From the NCBI RefSeq assembly GCF_009914755.1, contig NC_060931.1: 64,000 nt of DNA, one strand, 5' to 3'. Below the pieces are notes generated by a model. The model worked only from the letters and a program-made list of their open reading frames with translations. It made no database searches and had not been told where the DNA came from. A program made the position numbers and the translations under genes. This document shows positions 1-13,267 of this stretch, piece after piece. Positions within the stretch are counted from its first letter, which is position 1. Each line of letters starts with the position of its first letter. Source of the stretch: the human T2T-CHM13v2.0 reference genome, Homo sapiens.

Positions 1-309
1 GTCTGACTGTTCCTAAAGGAGTTGAGAGGAGGCAGCAATTGACTTGAGTAAAAGTAGTAGTGTTCCAGGTAAAACAATTACTAAGAAAATGTACAGTGTA
101 TAATATTACAGAGCACCTCAATCTATTGCAAAATCTTGTTGGTATTTCATGTGACTAAATTCAGAGATGGGCCAGTGCAGTGTGGAGCTGTAGTGAAGGC
201 TCCTCTCTGGCAGGTGCTACTGTATTGCAAAGCAGTCCCTGTGTGGGCAAAGGTCACAGCTTACCCGGATGCTGCTCAGAGGATATCTTTCATCTTAATT
301 GGGAGTCAG

Positions 310-510
310 GCTCAATGGTGAAGAGCAGATTTTGACACAAGAAGACTCCGAAATGCCCTCAAACTGTGCTCCTCAGTTTTGTCTTCTGTAAACTGAGCTT
401 AGTCATCCATGTCTCAAAAGGTGGCTGAGGGGATTTAATGAGGGAATCCATGCCCTTAGCCAACATGCCTGGCTGATTATGAATTTTTAATTAGCAGTTT
501 TCACTGCTGT
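310..510 (+). mobile_element. MIR SINE fragment
   Basis: cctcagttttgtcttctgtaaa...gaggggatttaatgag...cttagccaacatgcctggc resembles the MIR core. Confidence 0.7.
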
Positions 511-589
511 CATCATTGCTGATTGTTATTAGCAAAGAAGGCTTGTGTTCTTCGTCAGGTGCCTGAGAGCTGCTCTGTTCCACCCGCAG

Positions 590-767
590 CCTGGAGAGCA
601 TCCGTCAGTGTGGAGTGGCCCTCTGCATCGTGCTGGGATTCTCCATCCTGTCTGCATCCATCGGCAGCTCTGTGGTGAGGGACAGGGTGATTGGAGCCAA
701 AAGGTTGCAGCACATAAGTGGCCTTGGCTACAGGATGTACTGGTTCACAAACTTCCTATATGACATG
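590..767 (+). CDS. ABCA13: ABCA13 coding exon (~exon 50), 178 bp, phase 2->0: [59 protein letters not shown]
   Basis: Acceptor cacccgcag| at 589 and donor ATG|gtagga at 768. Contains the ABCA motif 'R..GAK.LQ.ISG....YW..NFL.DM'. Joins in frame to the next exon. Confidence 0.96.
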
Positions 768-1719
768 GTAGGATTTGGGAATGAGATTCTGTGTGCCTCC
801 ACAATAGTGATCTAAATAGTGCGTGTATGGAGGGATGGAGGGGGGCATTGGGGCCCTGGCTGCCTTGGAGTGTCCACAAAAAGGGGTCATCTTATTGATA
901 AGAGCATTTCAGATTAAGTCACCTTTACTGATCACCATAGAATTGGTTCATAAGGGGAAGACTGATAAGCTTCAGGCTGGAGAACTGGGAAATTATAGAA
1001 CTTTACAAAGATGCAAAGTTTCTTATTGAGAAGATGAGAAAATTATTACCTTTACTATGCTCTTTTCAATGGGGTAGCAGATGAGGTGATAAAAATCATT
1101 AGAAATGATCTTTCATCTGCATGCTTAACACCCCCTCCTGTGAGACCTGTGCCTCATTGCCTAATAGGTATGGCGGGTATTATTAGCATTTTTGGAATGC
1201 ACTCAGTTTCCCAATGGAAACCCTCCAGATCAGTGTCTGCCATCCTGGGGGACAATAACAGATGCTTTGTCTAGGTGTTCCCTATTCTTCAGGACATTTA
1301 TCTTAAGTAAAAAAAAGCATCTTATATGATAAGTTGTTCTTAGTGGTCAATATCTACTGTCATTGTTCTCTGGTGGAGCTGTCTTTATTTTGTAGGAAAG
1401 TGATATCCTTGCCCTCATACATATGATTCATCTTGTGATACAGAAAATCATACATAAGTCAGTGGAAGGCCGGAGGTCAACCATTTACTGAGCACCTTCC
1501 ATGCACTAGGTGCTGTCTGAGCTGTGCTACACCAGGCACAAATTTCCGCATATTAACATGTTGCTTTCCTGTAAGGTTTATTTCTTTGAGCTGGCTTAGA
1601 ATTTAGCTAATTTATTTTCTTTTGATCATGTAACTTGGATTTTTGTTTTGTTTTGAAAGTACAATTTATCGGGGTCACACCTAAGTTACCTAACATTTCA
1701 GGAGTTCATTTAATTTAAT

Positions 1720-1900
1720 CAGAGGTTTCCCTGAACCTGCCTGGTGATAGATATCACCTGGGACATTTGGTAACAATAAGGATTCCCAAGGGCCTATCCT
1801 TCGAGATTCTATTCAGTAGGACTGGGGGGACTTGGAGGTCTGTGTTTTACTAGGTACTCAAGGTGATTTATGAATCTTAACCAAGATTGACAAATTCTGG
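1720..1900. mobile_element. MER5-like hAT-Charlie DNA transposon remnant
   Basis: atcacctggg...agattctattcagtaggactgggg...tgttttactaggtactcaaggtgat pattern. Confidence 0.6.
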
Positions 1901-1909
1901 GTCTTTAAA

Positions 1910-2020
1910 CCCTTATCTTTACTGAGGGACACTTGAAGGCAGGCAAGTGGAAGTGACTTGTCCAAGATTTTACATCTAGTTGGTACAGAGATGGCTTCTC
2001 AGTGCCAGCCTCTGTCTCCT
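1910..2020 (-). mobile_element. MIR fragment
   Basis: aagtgacttgtccaagattttacatctagttggtacagag resembles the reverse MIR core. Confidence 0.6.
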
Positions 2021-2446
2021 GGTCCAGTTTTGTTCCCTGTGCTACACACTGCTGCTGGCTACTTGTCTCTCTGCCGTCTGTCATTTAACAGTGTCTAAGG
2101 GCCACAACTTTCCCAGATAAAAGGGAAGAAGTGTGTGGCAAGAGAGAATCACAACACACAGGGGGCCACGTTTCTAGGACACCATGGGGCTTTCAAAGTC
2201 TCCAAAACCCCAGGATCTTCCTTCTTTTCAGCACCCTTAGTTTATTATCTCTTTATGCCTCCCACTCAGTCTGACTCTTCTTTACTCTGTGATGTTTGAT
2301 CTTGGTGATTAAGGACAGGAAGGGTTTCTTGCTTCTTGCTTGGATGGTTTTCCATCTTCATCCAATCATTCTCTGCTTATTCTATTCAATCACTAATTTA
2401 ATAAATATTTTTGAGGATCTGTTGTGGGTCAAGGTGGGTCCAAGGT

Positions 2447-2785
2447 TGCTATAGACTAAATGATTATGTCCCCCCAAAATTCATGTTGACACCTAATCCC
2501 CAGTGTGATGGTATTTGGATGTGGGATCTTGGAGAGATAATTAGGTTCTGAGAATGGAGCCCTCCTGAATGGGATTAATGGCCTTGTAAAAGAGGCCGCA
2601 GAGAGCTCTATGTGAGGACACAGTGAGAAGTCACAGCCTGAACGAGGAAGCTGGCCCTCGCCAGTCACCGAATCTGCCAGCACCTTGATTCTGGTCTTTC
2701 CAGCCTCCAGAACTGTGAGCAATAAAGTTGTGTGGTTTATAAGATACTTGGTCTGTGTTATTCTGTCATAGCCCCCCAAATGGTG
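2447..2785 (+). mobile_element. MLT1A-like MaLR LTR, inserted into a degraded L2
   Basis: Starts tgctatagactaaatg..gtcccccaaaattcatgttga. Contains gaatctgccagcaccttgat..ccagcctccagaactgtgagcaataaa. Flanks on both sides look L2-like. Confidence 0.85.
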
Positions 2786-3270
2786 TTGGGCATAAAGCCA
2801 TGCATAAAGCAGAGAAGATTGCTCCCTCAAAGAGATTCTTATGAGAGGAAGCAGAAAAACTAGTAAACAAACAAATAAATAAATGCGCAGGATACAGTTG
2901 GCCCATGACTGGGTCTGTTGAAAGAATGAAAGAGATTGATGGGATGGAGGATGACTTCAAATGTGAAGGTCAAAGAAGACAGTGAAACTTTACCTGAGAT
3001 CTGTGAGGTAAGAAGGGGCCCTGCCCATGGATGACGTGCAGGAAGAGGTCTGCAGCTTGAGGCTCTAAGAGAAGAAGGAACCAGGCGTGTGAGAGCCTGA
3101 AGGAAAGCCATGGCTATTGTTGGCCTGCAGGGAGCACCTTAAGGTGAGGCTGGATAGGGAGGTAGTGTGAGGAGCCTGTCCTTGGTTCTACGTGTGTGGG
3201 AGGAGGCTGTGTTTCATGAAAGCTGATTGGATTCCTTGACCCTCCTCAAAGGAGATGGATATGCATGACA

Positions 3271-3644
3271 GTAGTAGTCACCTCAGGCCACCATAACAAA
3301 ATACCACAGGCTGGGTAGCTTCACCCCGGAAACTTGATTCTCTCATTGTCCTGGAGGCTGGAAGTCTGAGATCAAGGTGTTGGCAGGGTTGATTCCTTCT
3401 GAGGCTTCTCTCCTTGGCTTGTGGACAGCCATCCTCTCCCTGTGTCCTCACATGTCAGCCCTCTGAGAGTGACTGCATCCTGATCTCCTCTAGAGACACC
3501 AGTCATGTTGGATGAGGGCTCACCCAATTGACTTCATTTTACCTTAATCACTTGTTCAAAGTCCTGTCTTCAAATACAGTCACATCTTGAAATACTGGGG
3601 GTTCAATGTATAAATTGTGGGGGGGTACAACTCAGATTAAAACA
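3271..3644 (-). mobile_element. MLT1B/C-like MaLR LTR
   Basis: ccataacaaaataccacaggctgggtagctt...ctggaggctggaagtctgagatcaaggtgttggcagggttg...caaatacagtcacatc. Confidence 0.85.
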
Positions 3645-3802
3645 AGCGACTTTCCAGGACTAATTCCACGGCTACAGAACTCCTAATGTGCAAAATAGGA
3701 AATATATTTGTGAAGTTGAAAGGAAACTTCAGGATAAGTAGATGATAATAAATATGACCATCTGATGTAACAGCTCTCCCTTATTTCTTTTTATCTTCTC
3801 AG

Positions 3803-3918
3803 CTCTTTTACTTGGTTTCCGTCTGCCTGTGTGTTGCCGTTATTGTCGCCTTCCAGTTAACAGCTTTTACTTTCCGCAAGAACTTGGCAGCCACGGCCCT
3901 CCTGCTGTCACTTTTCGG
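3803..3918 (+). CDS. ABCA13: ABCA13 coding exon (~exon 51), 116 bp, phase 0->2: [39 protein letters not shown]
   Basis: Acceptor ttatcttctcag| at 3802 and donor GG|gtatgt at 3919. Hydrophobic TM helices typical of ABCA TMD2. Frame is continuous with both neighbours. Confidence 0.96.
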
Positions 3919-4744
3919 GTATGTGATGAGAAACGCTGCTGCAGAATTACGGTTTGTTTTCTGAAAGAGAAAACCCTCAGGATGGCTTTGAACCTGCTGT
4001 CGACTTCATGATTTCCTCTCTTTTGAAGCAATTATGTTGCTTCTGCAAGGGACACGGAGCAAACAAGCCTGAGCAGGATGATGAATGCCCCGTGGAGGAA
4101 GGAAGGGCTGACCTGGTCGTGATGAAGACAGCACTGCCCTGTCTCAGACAGGCCCTTGAGCTGTTTGACAAACTTGTGCAGCTGGAAATGGATTCTCTAT
4201 TATTCTCACTTTGACATTAATCAGGGGCTCAAATACATAATCCAATTAACTCGGAGATTGCATTTGTGGAGGTTCTCTCAGCAAGCTCTCTGGCATTTTT
4301 TCTCCTCTCCTCTAATATTAGTAGTTTGAAAATGTTTTGTCTAATTTCTATCACTTTTTTTTCAGATGAAAAAATAGCAAATGGAGAAAAGTCATTTTAT
4401 GAATTTCTGATTTATGCATGCTAGTCAGGATCATTGCTAGTGGCCTCAAAATTATATCTATCCGGTATCAGGATATATATGTCTTCTTATTTGTCATGCA
4501 CGTATGCTTATATACAGGCTAACTACATAAGAGATGCTTAGTAGGGAAAATCATTATCATACTAATTTATTATACTTCAAGGCTATTTTAAAAGATAAAA
4601 CAGCTTGCTCTTATTTAAGAGGATTACAAATAAAGTGATTTTTACAGTTTGTATTTATATAAGTGCCCTAGAATTATTCAAAACATCTAATTAGAGACAG
4701 AGTTTTACTTAAACAAATATATACCATTACTAGATGATTGTATA

Positions 4745-4890
4745 GGTGGGTGGGTGGATGGATGGAAGTATGTAGATAAGAGAAAGAAAGATAGACAGGG
4801 AGAGAGAGATTAACAGAGAGAGGGAAAGAGACACTAAGAGAGAGAGGGAGAGAGAGATTAAGAGAGAGAGAGAAACAAGACAGACAGACA
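4745..4890. repeat. GGAT / GA-rich low-complexity tract
   Basis: gggt/ggat units followed by interrupted (GA)n. Confidence 0.85.
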
Positions 4891-7089
4891 AACTTTTGGG
4901 GGAACATTGATATTACTACTCACTAACCCCAATGCTGTAGCTTTGGTAATACTAATTATTCTGTCTAATCCTCAGTTTTTTCTTTGTAAAACTTCATGTC
5001 TTTTGCTATAAAGATTAAATAGTTTATATGAATATCATGGACAATGACTGGTACAAAATTCCCATTAAATTAATTTTAGCCATTATTGTTACTCTTTAGA
5101 ATTATTTTACTCTTTAGAAGATGTAATATCCTGAGCTATAAAACATGCTTATAGTAGACATATATTTATTATATTTAGCTAGAAATTTATGGACTTGTGT
5201 ATAAAGATCTATGTGTGTGTACCCAGCTCTAAGAACACAGTTTGATTTCAGTTTATTGATCCAATTGAATGGATAGTGTTGTCATGTCTCCCTCTATTTC
5301 AAGTAAAATAGACTTTGCTATAAAATTATTTTTGAATTTTAGGAGAGTATATCTCAAAAACTGAGTTAAAACTTAGATGAAATGGTTAGAAAGCCTTGAA
5401 AACACGCTTTTAGAAATTTTTATTAGTTGTTTTGATTGTGAAACCCTTTAAGAATTTGAATTAAACTAAGAATTCTCTTCACATACATAACTACCACATT
5501 TTTCAAAGAATTTCTGGAGATTCACAGGTCTGTTGAAGCACAATCATAGGCAATAGGGGTTACACGCTTCTGGTTAAGAACTCTTAGGTTGCAGAGACTG
5601 GAAAGATGTCAGAGATAACTCAGACCGTGTTTGTAATCATGGCTAATCCCAGGGAAGAAGAGCCCCCAAGGAAAGTTTATCAGGGTCACTGGGTGACATC
5701 CATGGGAATGCAGATTTAGAAGGTAGCTCTTTCTTCATTGGAGCACAGCCAGTGGAACTGGTGACAACCTCCCCCGCCACTGTAACAGGAGGGGCAGTGA
5801 GAGACCCGGTCTGGGGAACTGCTGTCTCCTGTGTGCCTGGCAATCTCTGGGTGAGGATAGCAGAATTGGCTCATGCCTGCTGTCCTTCTAAGGACCTATG
5901 GGTACACGGAGCCCAAGGGCAAACTCAGGAAAGCTGAATCCCGAGCTGAAACCTAAGAGCACGTCCAGGCATTAAATGGCTGCTTAAAGGCAGGAATCTG
6001 AAGGAATAAGGGATAGTATACACGAATTGATTCTTTTAAGAGATAACAAGATAAACATGCCTAATCGCAGTCTTATTGTTTTTCTTCTTTCTATCAAGGA
6101 CAATTTGTTATTTAAACTATAAAAGGGAGAGTCAGGGAGAATTAGCATCCAAAAGAGGGAAGTAACACCTAAAATGAATGAAAGAAAACAGAGCCTAACT
6201 TACATAAAGATGGAAACCTTAAGAACATATTTGATGTATATTTACCGCTAAAAGATGAGATTGCAGAATCCTGCTTGGTGTCTTGGGAAATCCACAAAGC
6301 ATGGGGAAGCGGCCGATTTTCAAAAGGGGAATTTTCTTCCGCCATAAATTCCATGATGTTGTGAACAGTAGGCCAGTCTCTAGCAAATTTTAAAATCATT
6401 AAAATGATATTATATTTTAATAAAAGCCTGGAGATTGTTGAAATTCATTGTAATTTTCACAAAAAAATAAATATAAACCAATTTCATTTTTTTCTTATAA
6501 AATAGGAGACGGGAGCTGCTAATACGTTAATTTGAGCCAAGTATTTTAAAGATAACTAATGAAAATGTAGTAAAAAAAGTGATGGAATCATAGCCCGTTG
6601 AAAACCACACTGGAATACTCTTCATTCATCTAGCAATAGGAACTCTCATGTGGCTTCATTTAGGACAATGTCTCTGATTCTTTGTTTTTCTTAAATAATG
6701 CTTTGATCCACTTGTCAAATATTTAAATGACATAACCCAACATGGAAACCTTATGTAATAAGTAACTAGATACAGATCCTGAACCATCTCAAAGGAAGTA
6801 GAGCCTAATGTTGAGGTGGTAATTAGTCACTCAAGTGCAGATCAGGTATGCAGACTCCACAGCAAGACCGGGAGGCTGCTGTACCCTTAGATTGTATTGC
6901 TGGATGTGGAGATGCTGATCAAAGCAGATGATAATCTTGCTGTGTGTTGTGCCAGGCCAACCACATCATGTTCTCTGTGAGGTAGCTTTACCTAAACTCC
7001 CCTAAGTCCCACAATGCAAAATTTAACAGAGAGAGCTGGTTGAATATCGTGTTGTTAAAGGAGCAGAGAAAGACCCAGTCTTTTGTAGT

Positions 7090-7275
7090 GGAGGTTTAAG
7101 CAGAATAACATGGCTATCCTCAGCTATTTAAAGGACTGTCACATGGAAAAGAAAAGCAATTTGTCACGTGCTGTTCCAGAATATAGAGTTTGAATCAGTA
7201 GCTATAAGTTGGAGAGAGTTTTCATTCACTCTTAGAATGAATTTTATAGCAATTACAGCTGCCCCAAAATTTGGC
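7090..7275 (+). mobile_element. L3/CR1 LINE fragment
   Basis: catggctatcctcagctatttaaaggactgtcacatggaa...aattttatagcaattacagctgccccaaaat resembles the L3 ORF2 3' end. Confidence 0.65.
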
Positions 7276-8269
7276 TCACAAACTTCTACTACTGCTTATA
7301 TTTCTGTTGCAAAAATACTTGCAATTCTGTGATTTCATTTGATTCTCAAAACAGTTGCGTGAAGGAGTGTAGCACTTGATTTTTGTCTCAGAAGGCACAG
7401 TAAAGGAAAGAGGGTAGGTGTGTGGTGTGGGTGAATATGTGTTGGGGTTTGAATTCTCTCTGTGGTAGTTTATTTCAGACAGAGATGTTGATAATGTACA
7501 GCCCTAAGAAGTCATGACTTATCTCTCTGGTAATTATTTTGATTTAATTAGTTGATTGTCTTATGTAGCAACTGTTTTAGAACAGCTCTTGCCTCCATTG
7601 TGTGCTTTGAAATAATTAATGCCCACATTTTGAGGCAGATTGCTATTGAGTAGAGTGTCTAAAACACTATATGATTTTATATATCATATTATATATATCT
7701 TATGAACTGTGAGAATGTATCTTTTAACCCAGGAAAGCATTCCAACATCATGGATGTCATATGAAAGGGGGTGCATACTAGACTAAGAGTTAACTTGAGG
7801 GCCTGGCATCTCTTATATCATTTTGAAGTCTCATACTTTTCAGAACTTGTTAACATATTAGGAAAACCTCAGACATTTTGCAGGCACTGAAGTGTTTCAG
7901 GTTAATCCAATTATTCACCATAAGAAAACAGTGATACATTTACCTTGAGTGAGCAGAGAACTTGTTGGAGCTCCGGATATATGAGAATCTTTTGGGAAAG
8001 TTGTGATTCAAAATCAGTGACTTCTCTGCTGATATTAGGAACCATCGTTCAAAGTGTACTTCCTTTATTGGGTGCAGTGGTATTATTTCAGGAAGGAGAT
8101 GAGGGAAGTTGCCATGAGTGAAACCTGGCTCTAGAATTGAGGAGACGGAATGAAGAAAATGAGATGTTTTCCTTTTAGGGACATTTGGGTGGTATCTTAG
8201 ATCCTGATGTCATCTGACACATGTGGGGACTGCTTCTAGGGTTCAATGTTTAGCAATGCTTCTTACTCC

Positions 8270-8480
8270 CCAGCTTTGGGGCCACATGGAAATGAATCCC
8301 ATGTTCATCTACTTATCACCTGCAAAGCTCGATCAAGTGTCTGAACTCTGCAAATCCCCATTGTTCTGCCTGTAAGATGACAGTTACAGTGCTGTCTCCT
8401 GGCTTGCTGGGGACTAAAGGAAGATTAGGGCACACTGAGGAGTTACAGATGGTACCCCCTGTGCAGTGGATGCTGGAAGG
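8270..8480 (+). mobile_element. MIR fragment
   Basis: gaatcccatgttcatctacttatcacctg...aagtgtctgaactctg...cctgtaagatg. Confidence 0.6.
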
Positions 8481-8880
8481 AGGCTTTCAGTTTTTATTTT
8501 TAGGCCTTATTTTTTTTACGTAGCTCTGCAGCTTTTTATATTCTTGATATCTTTTGATTCTCAATATAATGAATAAGTATTATTCCTGCCTTCCTGATGA
8601 GAAGCAGAGCAGAGAAGCTCCTTTTGGAGAAGAGAGGTTGGAGAAGTCAGCCGACTTTCTCCAGGCCACAGAGCCGACAAGTTCAGGCCCACGTACAACC
8701 CGTGTGTGTGTTGTGACCCCATCCGGTGTTCTTTATTGCATTGCAGAGTCCTCTGAAGCCCCAGGAAGAGTGTGTTGTCTTTGAAAAATACCGTGGAATG
8801 TATTATGTAAAGTTCATTTCTGTTCACCAAGTGAGGAAAAATTGCTGGGCCAATAAAATTGCATCTATAATTCAGTCTTA

Positions 8881-9399
8881 CGGCTGTCCCCTTATCTGCA
8901 TTTTTGCTTTCAGAGAATTCGGTTACCCACAGTCAACTGTGGTCTCAAGATATTAAATGGAAAATTCCAGAAATAAACAATTCATCAGTTTTAAAGGGCA
9001 CAGTGTTCTGAGTAGCAGGATGAAATCTTGTACTGTCTTGCTCTATCCCATCAGAGACGTGAATTTCCCCTTTGTCCTGCATATCCTCACTTTGGACCTG
9101 GGAGTCAGTGAGTTACCAAATTGACTGTCGCAGCATGGCAGTGCTTGTGTTCAAGGGACCTTTGTTTTACTAGATGGCCCCAAAGTGCTAGAGTAGGCAC
9201 GCTGGCATATTGCTGTAATTGTTCTATTTTATACTACTCATTGTTCTTAATCTCTCACTGTGCCTAATTTATAAATCAAACCTTATCATAGGTTGTATGT
9301 ATGGGGAAAAACATAGTATATGTAGGATTCAGTAATATCTGCATTTTCAGGGATTCACCCCAAGGTCTTAGAATGTATCTGCCATAGATAAAACTACTG
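8881..9399 (+). mobile_element. MER44 (Tigger7-derived, TcMar) DNA transposon
   Basis: TA at 8879-80 and 9400-01. Ends cggctgtccccttatc / gata..actactg. Internal attaaatggaaaattccagaaataaacaattc. Ends 46 bp before the exon acceptor. Confidence 0.85.
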
Positions 9400-9445
9400 T
9401 AAATGTTACAGTAAAACAAACATTACTTTTCACTTTACTTTTCAG

Positions 9446-9602
9446 ATATGCAACTCTTCCATGGATGTACCTGATGTCCAGAATCTTTTCCAGTTCGGAC
9501 GTGGCTTTCATTTCCTATGTCTCACTAAACTTCATCTTTGGCCTTTGTACCATGCTCATAACCATTATGCCCCGGTTGCTAGCCATCATCTCCAAAGCTA
9601 AG
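9446..9602 (+). CDS. ABCA13: ABCA13 coding exon (~exon 52), 157 bp, phase 2->0: [52 protein letters not shown]
   Basis: Acceptor tttacttttcag| at 9445 and donor AAG|gtcagt at 9603. Contains the ABCA motif 'G....P.MY..S..F'. Confidence 0.96.
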
Positions 9603-11514
9603 GTCAGTAGCTTTGTAGCATCACCTCTACACTTCTGCACCTCTAGTGCAAAGACGGTGTTAACTCATGCCTCTTTTGTTGCTTTTCTGACTGGAATTCA
9701 ATGGAAATGCATTGGTATCCACTGTCTTTAAACTCCAGAGAGATAAATGGATTCTAATTAACAAAAAACACATTGCCGTTATAAAAGCCATGCCTAGGCT
9801 TAGCAACAATTGACGAAAAAATGTTCTGTTTCGGCCACTCCATTCTTGAGGGTAGAGCCATGAAGATGTTCACTGCCGCATCCCTAGCATTTTCATCAGA
9901 GACTATTTATTGATGAATTACTGATGAATGGTGGAAGAGTGAGTCATTGAAACATGCCCTCTCAATGTTCACCATCGTTTGGGTCAGACACTACAAGATA
10001 GAATGGGCCACACAACACAGCTGACCATGCTCTCGGGGCACAGCATGTCTGAATGATGATCTGGCGGGATTCTACCCTCTTCTCTGGGATTTCTGGAACA
10101 AATTTAATTTTGCTGTTTTCCAAGCATGGCAGCCAAGGGCTTTCCTGAGCCTGAGGCCCGTGGTCAGGAAGAACTTCTCCTTGTGAGGTCAACGCCACTC
10201 TCCAATAGGCCGTTCTGATTAGCAAGTCATTTCTTAAATGTCATCTCCAGCTGGTGTCTAGGTCAAGGTGAACCCATTAGTCCTGCCACATTCCTTTCAC
10301 TCCTGTCTCCTCCCTTAGTGAGGCCTGCCTGGGTGTTTGCCTCTGCTTTAATACATCTTTCAGCCCCTCAGCATCCCCAGTGCTACCTGGAGATACAGAC
10401 TTCAGATTTTGCACTTTCCTCTGCACCCTTATTGCAATCCTTTTCATTCTGTTTTCTTTTCTCAGCTCTGACCACACTATTCTCTCCTGATTCCCTGCTG
10501 CTTATATGGAGTCTGATTCCTCAGTAGTTCCCAAATGTTTGGCCAGCTCAGGGGCTGAGAAATGACCTGGAAAAGGTACTGAGCTCCTAGTTTTGAAGCA
10601 TGTGCTGCAGTTCTCATTTCAAATCAAACAGGGACTGATGCCTATTTAATTGGGATGAGTCTACTTCCTCATGGCTGGACTTTCAGAGACTTAGTAAATT
10701 TGCCACTGATAGCTAACATTAGTTTTTATTACTGTGCTTCATATTTGGATAGAAGCAGTGAACTCTGTAAACATCTATTATGCATTCAGTGATGGTAATA
10801 ATCTATTTTGGTGATTTTTACAGATTTATTATTGACACTGATTTATATTAATATGTCTACACTTTAAAGAGAAAACTTGCAGAACCATTGATTGGCTTTA
10901 GCTTGAGGAGAAAATTGAAATCAGTAGAGATAGTGTACAATTTCCCTCCTCCCTCATCGGATCTCTAGCATGACATGAACCATCAGGATGTCAGTCATGA
11001 ATCATGGTGAAACTGAAAAGAGACTCACAGTAGATAATCCTATTGGTGAGGAACTTGAAAGCAGAGAGCTTCCCTGGGGAGTGGAGTCACAGAAGTGAGA
11101 TTTAGCTCCAAAAGAAAAACGAAGAAGAATTGTCCATATCCAAAGAGGAAGCTGACCAGGAACCTTTCCACTCATGAGGTTTTACCAGTGTGGCAAGTGG
11201 AAAGCCTTGTTACCTTTAATTATAAACAGCATTGCTTACTTGTTAAAAAAAAAATCAACAGGCAATGAAGTGTTTGCCAGAAAATGGATCTAAATCAATT
11301 GGTAACAAGTAATTAAAAGCAGCTTATTGCTTTTGTTTGGGTCTTTCTTTTCCTTTGCTCTTTATTTTGATATTATTTGCTTAGGAAGCAACCTTATTCA
11401 AATGTTTATTTCAAATAATTTCAAATTTTCATTTGTAGGTTATGGAGCTTTGTAGCATTAATTCTTATAGAATTAATGAAAGAAACCAAAAAAGGTGACT
11501 GGATTCTCAGATCA

Positions 11515-12123
11515 CTCTTTTTCTTAAAAAATAAAAATATTTTAAGTTCTGGGGTACATGTGCAGGATATGCAGGTTTGTTCCATAGATAAATGTGTGCC
11601 ATGGTGGTTTGCTGCACCTCTCAACCCATCACCTAGGTATTAAGCCCAGCATGCATTAGCTATTTTTCGTAATGCTCTCCCTCCCCCACCCCATCCCCCA
11701 ACAGGCCCCAGTGTGTGTTGTTCCTGTCCTTGTGTTCATGCGTTCTCATTGCTCAGCTCCCACTTATAAGTGGGAATATGCAGTGTTTGGTTTTCTGTTC
11801 CTACATTAGTTTTCTGAGGATAATGGCTTTCTTGCTCCATCCATGTCCCTGCAAAGGACATGATCTCCTTCCTTTTTATGGCTGCATTGTATTCTATGGT
11901 GTATCCATCTATCCAGTCTATCATTGATGGGCATTTGGGTTGATTCCACGTCTTTGCTATTGTGAATAGTGCTGCAGTGAACATATGTGTGCACATATCT
12001 TTGGAATAGAATGATTTATATTCCTTTGGGTTTATACCCAGTAATGAGATTGCTGGGTCAAATCGTATTTCTGGTTCTAGATCTTTGAGGAATTGCCACA
12101 CCATCTTCCACAGTGGTGAACAA
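11515..12123 (-). mobile_element. 5'-truncated L1PA (about L1PA8-10), 3' end
   Basis: ttttaagttctggggtacatgtgcagg...; minus-strand ORF 11736-12104 matches the L1 ORF2p C-terminus ([31 protein letters not shown]). Confidence 0.92.
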
Positions 12124-12761
12124 TAAGTCTGAATATCTAGTGTAACCAGTATTAACCATTGTGTTTACAAATTATAGTGTTAATTAATCATTTTCATTGT
12201 TACCAAATCACAGTTTATATGATGACACATTTTGATTTCAAACACAAGATCTGGAACATCTGTCTTTCCCACTGGTGAGGCTCCCTGTTGGAGCGAGGGG
12301 GATGTGGGGGAGCAAAAACTCATGTTTTCTAATTTATTTCTTTGTATAATTATCATTTTCACATAATCCTAAATCGAACACTTATGGATTGTTATTCTGT
12401 GAGTTTGTGCACCTGCATCCCCCTTCTATGTATGGATTATTTGTTAACTCAGTGTTCATATATTGCTAACACCTTTGTTCATACTTGTGTAGAGATCATT
12501 GTGATTTCCTTAAAAGTAGATGTAAAAATCATCACTGTTCTCAAGCAAGAAAACCTTGAAAGGCAAATACCAGTAGATCTAATTAATATCTCTAAACAAA
12601 ATACCTTTGTTTTGATGGCTGTCTGAGAATATCAGTGAATAGTTGGGATAGGGAAGACCTGGAACACAGAGCTAACCAAGGAGAAAAAGAAGTTATTGGT
12701 ATATATTATGAAAAGGGGAATAGCTTTTAATTGGATTTTTTTTCTTTTTTTCACTGTGCAG

Positions 12762-13015
12762 AATTTACAGAATATCTATGATGTCCTCAAGTGGGTCTTT
12801 ACTATTTTTCCTCAATTCTGTCTTGGTCAAGGACTGGTAGAACTCTGCTATAATCAGATCAAATATGACCTGACCCACAACTTCGGCATTGATTCCTATG
12901 TGAGTCCCTTTGAGATGAACTTTCTGGGCTGGATCTTCGTGCAACTGGCCTCGCAGGGCACAGTACTTCTCCTCTTGAGGGTTCTGCTACACTGGGACCT
13001 TCTGCGATGGCCAAG
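12762..13015 (+). CDS. ABCA13: ABCA13 coding exon (~exon 53), 254 bp, phase 0->2: [32 protein letters not shown]...HWDLLRWP(R)
   Basis: Long T tract plus cactgtgcag| at 12761, donor AAG|gtgggt at 13016. Contains the ABCA motif 'F.IFP.FCLG.GL'. Confidence 0.95.
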
Positions 13016-13267
13016 GTGGGTTCTGAAGGACTCATCCTCGAGCTGCACTTACTCCTGCAAAATGAGAGGAAGAGAAAAATTCATCCTGGAGGTTGTAAAA
13101 TAAAAATTATATCTGATCAGCATTATACATAGTTCTAATGCGTTAAGATTTTATTATTTTTTAAACATTGATTGGTGTCAGTCACCCACACCAGGAAGGA
13201 AAATTTCAAAGGATAAGGTGACAAACTGTGAGATGATCTTTCCAATTATTTGTCTCAGCATATTTTC

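Noticed and set aside
545-560. Upstream ttcttcgtcag as an alternative acceptor
   Set aside because: 31 nt upstream of the 590 acceptor, so it would shift the frame; no supporting evidence.
3954-4214. 86-aa ORF just after the 116-bp exon, with a protein-like acidic/helical stretch
   Set aside because: No recognisable family and no convincing splice sites; probably chance. A tBLASTn or conservation check would settle it.
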